Shown here: piece after piece, positions 1 to 6,694 of the stretch
Layout of the letters: each line of letters starts with the position of its first letter
How positions within the stretch are numbered: position 1 is the first letter of the stretch
DNA from: Gemmatimonadota bacterium
GTDB taxonomy: Bacteria > Gemmatimonadota > Gemmatimonadetes > Longimicrobiales > Gaopeijiaceae
Length of the DNA stretch: 11,352 bases
Direction of reading: 5' to 3'
Assembly (NCBI GenBank): GCA_039589315.1
Contig: JBDHHQ010000126.1
Span: 1 to 11,352 of the forward strand
Position numbers and translations under genes: made by a program
Notes under the pieces: model-generated
Seen by the model: the letters and a program-made list of their open reading frames with translations, nothing else
Databases searched by the model: none
Told to the model about the DNA's origin: nothing

Positions 1-195
1 CCCCGGGTCAAGCGGCTGTTGGACGAAGCGGGAGCGGATCACATGCTCCTCACGGGCGGAGGGATCATCCCAGAGGAGGACATGGAAACGCTGGCGGCCC
101 AGGGCGTGGGCAAGCTGTTCGGGCCGGGTACGTCCACCGGACAAGCGGTGGAATACATCCGGGAGTGGTTCGCCACCCAGGAGCACCTGTTGTGA
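1..195 (+). CDS. Cobalamin (B12)-binding domain of an acyl-CoA (methylmalonyl/isobutyryl-type) mutase, 3' end only (5' truncated by window)
   Basis: Not in the ORF track. Frame 1 translated by hand: PRVKRLLDEAGADHMLLTGGGIIPEEDMETLAAQGVGKLFGPGTSTGQAVEYIREWFATQEHLL* (TGA 193-195). GGGIIPxxDxxxL..GV..xFGPGT is the C-terminal signature of mutase B12-binding domains. Confidence 0.9.
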   Translation, partial: PRVKRLLDEAGADHMLLTGGGIIPEEDMETLAAQGVGKLFGPGTSTGQAVEYIREWFATQEHLL

Positions 196-212
196 GGGCC
201 GTGCCGCGATGA
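192..212 (+). other. Putative 6-aa linker mini-ORF (MRAVPR), overlapping the upstream stop (GTGA 192-195) and the downstream start (ATGA 209-212)
   Basis: gtg agg gcc gtg ccg cga tga read directly from the sequence. Translation is unproven. Confidence 0.3.
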
Positions 213-1864
213 CGGAAGTGACCACCGAGGGGAAGGCGGGCCAGACCACAGAGGAGCGTGACACCCGCTTGGGTGCGCTCGCGTCGGAGCTGGGCGAGCT
301 CCGGGCAGGCCTCCGGCTCGGCGGTGGGTCCAAGCGCATCCAGCGCCAGCACGATCAGGGCAAGCTCACGGCCCGGGAACGCGTCGAGCGGCTCCTGGAC
401 CCTGGGGCGCCGTGGGTGGAGGTGGGCCTGCTCGTGGCTCACGACCTCTACGACGGGCAGGCCCCAGGCGCCGGGGTCGTCACCGGGGTCGGTCGGGTGG
501 AGGGTCGGGAGGTCGTGGTCGTGGCCAATGACGCCACGGTCAAGGCGGGGTCGTGGTGGCCCGAGACGATCAAGAAGATCCTGCGGGCGCAGGAGATCGC
601 CATGCGCTGCCGGATCCCCATCGTATACCTGGTGGACTCGGCCGGCGTGAACCTCCCCTACCAGGGGGGCGTCTTCCCGGGTCAGTACGGCGCGGCCCGG
701 ATCTTCTACTACAACTCGGTCATGCGCCGCTACCTGCACGTACCCCAGCTGGCCGCGGTCATGGGGCCGTGCATCGCGGGCGGCGCTTACCTGCCGGCCC
801 TCTCCGACGTGATCCTCATGGTAGAGGGCACCAGCTTCATGGGGCTGGGCGGCCCGAACCTGGTGAAAGGCGCCACCGGTCAGAGCGTGGGCTCGGAGGA
901 GTTGGGCGGCGGGCGCGTCCACACATCCGTCAGCGGCGTGGCCCACTACCTGGTGGAGAACGACGAGGCGTGCCTATTCAAGCTCCGCCAACTCGTGCGG
1001 GAGCTCCCCCGGGAGACGCCGGCGCTGCGGTACGACGGGGAGTGGACGCCTACCACCCGGCCGGTGGAGGATCTCTACGAGCTGCTCCCGCCCGATCACC
1101 GTCAGCCCTACGATACGCACGGTGTGCTGGACGCGATCCTGGACGGAGAGGGGTTGGACGAGTTCCAGCCCGAGTACGCCAAGGAAATGATCTGCGGCAC
1201 GGGTTTCATCCAGGGGATTCCCGTTGGCGTGATCGCCAATGCCCGCGGGATGATCCGTGTATCCGGCGAACGGCCTCGCTTCGGAGGCATCGTCTATACC
1301 GAGAGTGCCGAGAAGGTGGCGTACTTCATCGAGACCATGAACCGCCACCGGACACCGCTGCTGTTCGTACAAGACGTGTCGGGGTTCATGGTGGGGCCCG
1401 AGGCCGAGCACTCGGGCATCATCCGGGCGGGCGCGCGCTTCGTGGAAGCCATGGCCACGGCAACCGTCCCCAAGCTGGTGCTCACGCTGAACCACGCCTC
1501 CGGGGCCGGCTATTACGCCATGGCCGGACAGGGCTTCGATCCCGACTTCATCCTGAGCCTTCCCACGGGCCGCATGGGCGTGATGGAAGGCGAGAGCGCC
1601 GTCATGGCGCTCTTCAGCAGTCAGCTCGACAAGCTCAAGGCCGAGGGGAAGGTGCCGGACGAGGACCTCACGACGCGCATGGACGATGTGCGGGCTGAAT
1701 ACGACCGCCAGCTGGACGCCCGCTTCGCAGCGGCCCGTGGGTTCGTGGACGAGATCGTGCTTCCGGAGGAGCTCAGGGACGCCCTGGGGCTTCTGCTCCG
1801 GGCCTCGCTCCACAATCCGGGCCCCCACATCGGCGCTTTCCACCTGCCATGGGCCCAGGAATGA
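209..1864 (+). CDS. Acyl-CoA carboxylase carboxyltransferase subunit, 3-methylcrotonyl-CoA carboxylase beta (LiuB/MCCB)-like
   Basis: 551 aa. Motifs include RQHDQGKLTARERVERLLDPG, VANDATVKAGSWWPETIKKILRAQEIA, YLVDSAGVNLPYQ, GPCIAGGAYLPALSD, QDVSGFMVG and GAGYYAMAG, typical of MCC-beta-like carboxyltransferases. Confidence 0.93.
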   Translation: MTEVTTEGKAGQTTEERDTRLGALASELGELRAGLRLGGGSKRIQRQHDQGKLTARERVERLLDPGAPWVEVGLLVAHDLYDGQAPGAGVVTGVGRVEGREVVVVANDATVKAGSWWPETIKKILRAQEIAMRCRIPIVYLVDSAGVNLPYQGGVFPGQYGAARIFYYNSVMRRYLHVPQLAAVMGPCIAGGAYLPALSDVILMVEGTSFMGLGGPNLVKGATGQSVGSEELGGGRVHTSVSGVAHYLVENDEACLFKLRQLVRELPRETPALRYDGEWTPTTRPVEDLYELLPPDHRQPYDTHGVLDAILDGEGLDEFQPEYAKEMICGTGFIQGIPVGVIANARGMIRVSGERPRFGGIVYTESAEKVAYFIETMNRHRTPLLFVQDVSGFMVGPEAEHSGIIRAGARFVEAMATATVPKLVLTLNHASGAGYYAMAGQGFDPDFILSLPTGRMGVMEGESAVMALFSSQLDKLKAEGKVPDEDLTTRMDDVRAEYDRQLDARFAAARGFVDEIVLPEELRDALGLLLRASLHNPGPHIGAFHLPWAQE

Positions 1865-1990
1865 TGGCGACCGGAGCGCGACGGCCACCGCGGTTCACGT
1901 GACAGAAACCGACGACGCATTGACGACGACGCCGTGACCGACCGTATGCATCTGACCATCGACAACTGCTCTTCGAAGAGACGCCCGTGA
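1861..1990 (+). other. Chain of three mutually overlapping mini-ORFs: 1861-1902 (MMATGARRPPRFT), 1899-1937 (MTETDDALTTTP), 1934-1990 (MTDRMHLTIDNCSSKRRP)
   Basis: ATGA at 1861 and GTGA at 1899, 1934 and 1987. Each ORF is open from one junction to the next (checked codon by codon). Translation is unproven. Confidence 0.35.
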
Positions 1991-3372
1991 CCGACACCGC
2001 AGACGACGCCATCCGCATCGCCAGCGGACAGGGCTTCTGGGGCGACGACCTGGAGGCGCCGGTTCGCCAGGTTGAACGGGGCCCCATCGACTACCTGATG
2101 ATGGACTACCTGGCTGAAGTGACCATGTCCATCATGCAGAAGCAGCGGGCCAGGGATCCGTCGGCCGGCTACGCTCGGGACTTCGTGCCGCTGATGAAGC
2201 GCATCCTCCCGGCGTGCGTCGAGCGGGATATCCGCGTCGTCACCAACGCCGGAGGAGTGAACCCCCGCGGGTGCGCCGAGGCACTGGTCGAGGCCGGTCG
2301 GGAGGTGGGGGTGGGTGGGAAGGCCCGCGTGGCCATGGTCACGGGCGACGACCTCATGGATCGTCTGGACGACCTCCTGGCGGCGGGTCACGCCCTCGAG
2401 CACATGGAGACGGGCGAGTCTCTCTCCACGGTCCGCGACCACGTCCAGAGCGCCAACGTCTACATCGGCGGGGCCCCGATCGTGGAAGCCCTCCGGCAGG
2501 ACGCCCGGGTGGTGGTCACGGGGCGGTCCACCGACACGGCGCTCACCTACGGTCCCATGATGCACGCTTTCGGGTGGAGCCCCGACGACTACGACCGGCT
2601 GGCGGCCGGGGTGGTGGCGGGCCACATCAACGAGTGCGGGGCCCAGTGTTCGGGCGGGAACTGCCTGATCGACTGGTGGGACATCCCGGACATGGCCGAC
2701 GTGGGCTTCCCCATCATCGAGGCCCAGCCGTCCGGCGAGTTCGTCGTCACCAAGCACGAGGGGACGGGAGGCCGGGTGTCCCGGGCCACCGTCACCGAGC
2801 AGATCGTCTACGAGATGGGCGATCCGGCTACATACATCACTCCCGACGTGATCGCCGACTTCACGACGATCCACCTGGCGGAGGAGGGCTCCGACCGCGT
2901 ACGGGTTCACGGGGTGAAGGGCAGGGGACCCACGCCCTTCCTGAAGGTGTCCATCGCCTACTCCAGCGGCTGGAAGGCCGTGGGCACCCTGGTCTACACC
3001 TGGCCCGACGCGGCGGCCAAGGCCCGCCGGGCCGACGAGATCCTCCGTGAGCGCATGGACCGGCTGGGCCTCATGTTCGACACGATCCGCACGGAGCTCG
3101 TGGGGTGGGACTCGACCCACGGTCCGCTGGTGGGTGAGCCGCCGGCCGACCTGCCCGAGGTGCAGCTCCGGATCGGCGTGCGTGGGTCGGACCGGGCGTC
3201 GGTGGAGCGCTTCACCCGGGAGATCGCGCCCCTGGTGCTGACCGGCCCACCCTCGGTGACGGGCTTCGCGGGGGGCCGGCCCCGGGTGCAGGAGATCATG
3301 GCGTACTGGCCAGCGCTCATCGACCGCACTGTCGTGGAGCCCCACCTGAGCGTCGAGGTGTTCGACGTATGA
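1987..3372 (+). CDS. Acyclic terpene utilization AtuA family (DUF1446) protein, N-terminal large module
   Basis: 461 aa, GTG start. IRIASGQGFWGD, DYLMMDYLAEVTM, VVTNAGGVNP, SANVYIG, VVTGRSTD, AGHINECGAQCSGGN and EQIVYEMGDPATYITPDV are AtuA-family motifs. Confidence 0.92.
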   Translation: MTDTADDAIRIASGQGFWGDDLEAPVRQVERGPIDYLMMDYLAEVTMSIMQKQRARDPSAGYARDFVPLMKRILPACVERDIRVVTNAGGVNPRGCAEALVEAGREVGVGGKARVAMVTGDDLMDRLDDLLAAGHALEHMETGESLSTVRDHVQSANVYIGGAPIVEALRQDARVVVTGRSTDTALTYGPMMHAFGWSPDDYDRLAAGVVAGHINECGAQCSGGNCLIDWWDIPDMADVGFPIIEAQPSGEFVVTKHEGTGGRVSRATVTEQIVYEMGDPATYITPDVIADFTTIHLAEEGSDRVRVHGVKGRGPTPFLKVSIAYSSGWKAVGTLVYTWPDAAAKARRADEILRERMDRLGLMFDTIRTELVGWDSTHGPLVGEPPADLPEVQLRIGVRGSDRASVERFTREIAPLVLTGPPSVTGFAGGRPRVQEIMAYWPALIDRTVVEPHLSVEVFDV

Positions 3373-3460
3373 GGCGCAGGATCCGAGCAGATCGAGGCGT
3401 TCGCGGCACAAGGCGCGGGACCGAAGCAGGTCGAGGCGTTCGCGGCGTGGGGCGGATCGC
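3352..3460 (+). repeat. Degenerate 39-bp tandem repeat (about 3 copies) starting inside the 3' end of the AtuA-family gene
   Basis: gtcgaggtgttcgacgtatgaggcgcagga at 3352, atcgaggcgttcgcggcacaaggcgcggga at 3391, gtcgaggcgttcgcggcgtggggcggatcg at 3430. The period is exactly 39. Confidence 0.85.
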
Positions 3461-3521
3461 CCGAGCCCGGCCTTCGAACGAGACGCGGAATGACCGAACA
3501 TCCGGGAGGACGACCTCGTGA
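3369..3521 (+). other. Putative 50-aa Arg-rich linker mini-ORF (MRRRIRADRGVRGTRRGTEAGRGVRGVGRIARARPSNETRNDRTSGRTTS)
   Basis: Starts at ATGA 3369-3372 (overlapping the AtuA stop) and ends at GTGA 3518-3521 (overlapping the next start), with no internal stop. Confidence 0.3.
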
Positions 3522-3892
3522 CCCGTATCCAGCTCGTCCACCTGGCCCACGCCCGATCGGGCGACAAAGGAGACACGGCCAACGTGGGCGTCATCGCCTA
3601 CGATCCCGACCACTACGCGCTCCTCCGCAACGCGCTGACCCCCGAGCGGGTGAAGGCGCACTTCGGCGACATGGTCCTGGGCGAGGTGGAGCGCTTCGAG
3701 CTTCCCAACCTGGTGGCGCTGAACTTTCTCCTGCACGGCGCGCTGGACGGCGGAGGAACCGTTTCGCTGATGACCGACGCCCAGGGGAAGGTCTTCAGCA
3801 CTGCGCTCCTTCGCATGGAGATCGAGGTGCCGGACGACGTCGCAGAGGCGGTGACCGGCAAGGGTCGACTGCCCGAAGGGGGTGCGGCGTGA
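3518..3892 (+). CDS. Small AtuA-related protein (stand-alone AtuA C-terminal module)
   Basis: 124 aa, GTG start, strong SD GGGAGGA at 3504-3510. AHARSGDKGDTANVGVIA, VERFELPNLVALNFLLHGALDGGG and DAQGK match the C-terminal domain of full-length AtuA proteins. Confidence 0.9.
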   Translation: MTRIQLVHLAHARSGDKGDTANVGVIAYDPDHYALLRNALTPERVKAHFGDMVLGEVERFELPNLVALNFLLHGALDGGGTVSLMTDAQGKVFSTALLRMEIEVPDDVAEAVTGKGRLPEGGAA

Positions 3893-4656
3893 GCGAGATC
3901 CTCCTCTACTCGGTGGACCTGGGCGTCGCGACGCTGGTCATGAACCGGCCCGAGAAGCGGAACGCACTGAACCGGGAGCTGGTGGCCGCGTTGGCCGATG
4001 CCCTCGAGCGTGCGGCGGCCGACGACGAGGTCCGCGTCGTGATGCTGCGCGGCGCGGGGAGCGACTTCTGCTCCGGGGCCGATCTGGCCGAGCTGGAGCG
4101 CATCGCCGAGATGGGGCCTGAAGCCAGCCTCGCGGACGCCTCGGTCCTGGGCGATCTCTTCGTCGCCATGCGCCGGCACCCCAAGCCCATCGTGGCCGCG
4201 GTGCACGGCCGTGCCCTGGCGGGCGGGGCGGGGCTGGCCACCGCGTGCGACCTGGTGGTGGCCTCGGAGGACGCAGAGCTCGGCTACCCCGAGGTGCACC
4301 TCGGCTTCGTGCCAGCCATGGTCATGGCGATCCTCCGCCGCAAGGTCGGAGAGTCCCGGGCGTTCGAGCTGGCCACCCGAGGCGACCGGATCCCGGCTCC
4401 GGACGCCAGGGACCTGGGCCTGGTGAACCGCGTCTTTCCGGCCGACCGGTTCGACGACGAGGCCGCGTCGTACGCGGCGGCGCTGGCCGCCCGCCCTACC
4501 TCGGCGGTTCAGCTGTCCAAGCGGCTCCTCTACGGGCTCGACGGCGTGGGCTTCGAGGACGGCATCGCCCGGGGTGCCGAGGTGAACGCCATCGCACGGC
4601 TCACCGAAGCCTGCCGCGAGGGTGTGCGCCGCTTCCTTCAGCGTACGCGTTCCTGA
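3889..4656 (+). CDS. Enoyl-CoA hydratase/crotonase family protein, methylglutaconyl-CoA hydratase (LiuC)-like
   Basis: True start is probably GTG 3889 (GTGA overlap with the upstream stop), giving 255 aa: MSEILLYSVDLGVATLVMNRPEKRNALN...FCSGADL...AVHGRALAGGAGLATACD...YPEVHLG. The first catalytic Glu position is Gly and the second is retained, as in bacterial LiuC-type enzymes. Confidence 0.9.
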   Translation: MSEILLYSVDLGVATLVMNRPEKRNALNRELVAALADALERAAADDEVRVVMLRGAGSDFCSGADLAELERIAEMGPEASLADASVLGDLFVAMRRHPKPIVAAVHGRALAGGAGLATACDLVVASEDAELGYPEVHLGFVPAMVMAILRRKVGESRAFELATRGDRIPAPDARDLGLVNRVFPADRFDDEAASYAAALAARPTSAVQLSKRLLYGLDGVGFEDGIARGAEVNAIARLTEACREGVRRFLQRTRS

Positions 4657-4665
4657 GGACGGCTC

Positions 4666-4974
4666 TTGGTCTTCCGTGCTCGCCGTGGCCGGGACCACTA
4701 CCTGACCTGGAAGGTCCGCCTGTTCGCCATCGGCGCCACATTGGGCCTCGCAGGTATGTTCCTGGAAATCCGCGAGCTGATCTGGGCAGCCATCGTGGTT
4801 CTGGTGGTGGGGTTTCTGTTGCGGTTCTTCCAGGTGTCCGGCTCGGGGTCCGCCGCCGACGCGCGGGCTGAAGACGACGGCGGGAGATCGGAGGACCGCA
4901 GCGTGCGACCGGGAGGGAACGAGGTGGCGTCGGAGGACGAGCCGAGCCGGCCGGACCATCCCGGATCGTCGTAG
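4666..4974 (+). CDS. Small hypothetical membrane protein (two predicted TM helices plus acidic low-complexity tail)
   Basis: TTG start with GAGGA SD overlapping the upstream stop. Hydrophobic segments LFAIGATLGLAGMFL and LIWAAIVVLVVGFLLRFF, with GC-rich third codon positions. Confidence 0.7.
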   Translation: MVFRARRGRDHYLTWKVRLFAIGATLGLAGMFLEIRELIWAAIVVLVVGFLLRFFQVSGSGSAADARAEDDGGRSEDRSVRPGGNEVASEDEPSRPDHPGSS

Positions 4975-4978
4975 CGGC

Positions 4979-5062
4979 CACCGTCACGTCCCACCGGCCT
5001 TTTCCGCACCGTCACGTCCCACCGGCCTTCCCGCGCCCGCGTCCCACCGGCCTTCCCGCGCC
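4979..5062. repeat. Degenerate 25-28 bp C-rich tandem repeat, 3 copies, core CGTCCCACCGGCCTT
   Basis: Identical 15-bp core at 4987-5001, 5015-5029 and 5040-5054. Confidence 0.9.
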
Positions 5063-5122
5063 GGCATCTCGCTCGTCCCTTTCTGACCTTCCCTTGCCCC
5101 TGCCACCTCCCTTGATTCGGGA

Positions 5123-6694
5123 GTGGGCAACCCAAGCCTGATCCCTGGGCCGGACCGAGCTGCACGTCCGGCCCTGGAAGACGCCCGACGCGTCCTGCTG
5201 GAGCGGTTCGGCTATCCCGGCTTCCGACCGGGTCAGGCCGAGCTGGTGTGTGCGGTGCTCGCGGGCCGGGACGCCCTGGGCATCCTGCCCACGGGCGGCG
5301 GTAAGACCGTGTGCTACCAGGTGCCGGCCCTGCTTCTGGGTGGCGTCACGGTGGTCGTGAGCCCCCTGATCTCGCTCATGGACGACCAGGTCGGGCGGGC
5401 GCGGCAGGTGGGCCTCCGGGCGGCAGCCCTCACGTCCACGCTCCCCCGGGCGAAGCTGCGCGATCTCCTCGGCCAGTGCCGCCGCGGGCAGCTCGACCTG
5501 ATTCTCGTGGCACCCGAGCGGTTCGAGGTGCCCTCGTTCCTCACGGTCCTGAAGTCCCTGCCCGTGAGCCTGGTCGCGGTGGACGAGGCCCACTGCATCA
5601 GCGAGTGGGGTCACGACTTTCGGCCTTCCTACCGTCGCTTCGGTGCCGTGTGCCGGTCCCTGGGCTGTCCGGTTCTGGCCCTCACCGCTACCGCCACACC
5701 GCCGGTACGGGACGACATCACCCGGGTGCTGCGCCTGCGTCGGCCGGTCCGAGTGGTCGGGTCGTTCGATCGCCCCAACCTCTCGTGGGCGGTGATGGGG
5801 GCGGGGAGCCACGGCGAGAAGGTGGCGGCGATCTGGACCCACCTCGAGGACTGCTCGGAGCCGGCAATCGTATACGCGAGCACCCGGCGCACCGTCGAGG
5901 CCGTGCGTCGCTCGTTGGCCGGCAGCGGGCTCCCCGCGGCGGCCTATCACGCCGGGCTGGACCCCGACGAGCGGCACCGGGTCCAGACCGGCTTCATGGC
6001 CGGGGCGATCAGGATCGTGGTAGCGACCAACGCATTCGGGATGGGCGTCGACAAGGCCGACGTGCGCACCGTCCTCCACTACCAGCTCTCCGGCTCGCTG
6101 GAGGGATACTACCAGGAGGCCGGACGGGCCGGGCGTGACGGCGCTCCGGCGACCTGCCTTGCCCTGCACGGACCCCACGACGGGCGGCTTCACCGGGCGT
6201 TCGTGGACCGGAGCCGGCCACCGGCTCGGTTCCTGGACCGTGTGTGGCGGGCTCTCCGCAAGCAGTGGCACCGCACCCGACGTCCAGTGTCGGTCCAGAC
6301 CCTCGACGCCGAGCTTCGCAGGGGGGCCACGGCCGAGCGGGTGGAGGATGCCCTCACTGCCCTGGCCGGCGAGGGCGTCGTCGCAGCCGTCCACGCCGAG
6401 CCACCCGCCGTTCCCGCAGACGGCGGGGCCGTTGTCGGGCCCCGTCGGAGTGGCCGGGAAGGAACTCCGCTGTCGTCTTCCGGGTCTTTATGCTGGGCTC
6501 CGGTTCCCGGGGCCGACCCACCCGATCTGAAGCGGGCACGGCGCCTGCGACGTGCCGCTCTGAGGAAGGTGGAGGCCGTAAGCCGCTACGCTGCCACGCG
6601 CCAATGTCGCCGACGGGAGATCCTGGAGTATTTCGGAGAGCGAGGCGCCGCGGTCCGGTGTGGCCGCTGTGATCGCTGCGCTCCCCGCCGGTGA
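5123..6694 (+). CDS. recQ: RecQ family ATP-dependent DNA helicase (short form, no HRDC)
   Basis: FGYPGFRPGQ (motif 0), LPTGGGKTVCYQVP, VVSPLISLMDDQV, AVDEAHCISEWGHDFRPSY, LTATAT, VATNAFGMGVDK, YYQEAGRAGRDG, and Zn ligands CRRREILEYFGE...CGRCDRC. The exact start is uncertain. Confidence 0.93.
   Translation: MGNPSLIPGPDRAARPALEDARRVLLERFGYPGFRPGQAELVCAVLAGRDALGILPTGGGKTVCYQVPALLLGGVTVVVSPLISLMDDQVGRARQVGLRAAALTSTLPRAKLRDLLGQCRRGQLDLILVAPERFEVPSFLTVLKSLPVSLVAVDEAHCISEWGHDFRPSYRRFGAVCRSLGCPVLALTATATPPVRDDITRVLRLRRPVRVVGSFDRPNLSWAVMGAGSHGEKVAAIWTHLEDCSEPAIVYASTRRTVEAVRRSLAGSGLPAAAYHAGLDPDERHRVQTGFMAGAIRIVVATNAFGMGVDKADVRTVLHYQLSGSLEGYYQEAGRAGRDGAPATCLALHGPHDGRLHRAFVDRSRPPARFLDRVWRALRKQWHRTRRPVSVQTLDAELRRGATAERVEDALTALAGEGVVAAVHAEPPAVPADGGAVVGPRRSGREGTPLSSSGSLCWAPVPGADPPDLKRARRLRRAALRKVEAVSRYAATRQCRRREILEYFGERGAAVRCGRCDRCAPRR

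Noticed and set aside
3370..3888. Readthrough or selenocysteine decoding of the atuA TGA, which would fuse AtuA in frame to the 3490-4656 ORF (hydratase)
   Set aside because: The frame is open, but the intervening translation is Arg/Gly/Pro-rich shadow sequence overlapping the real 3518-3892 gene. The TGA is not at a catalytic Cys-like position and I see no convincing SECIS.
3490..3888. N-terminal extension of the hydratase given in the ORF track (start 3490)
   Set aside because: Crotonase homology starts at GTG 3889. The extension overlaps the AtuA-C gene.
3352..5062. The two short repeat clusters (3352-3460, 4979-5062) as mini-CRISPR arrays
   Set aside because: Units are tandem and degenerate, with no unique spacers of 25-45 bp and no cas genes in the window.
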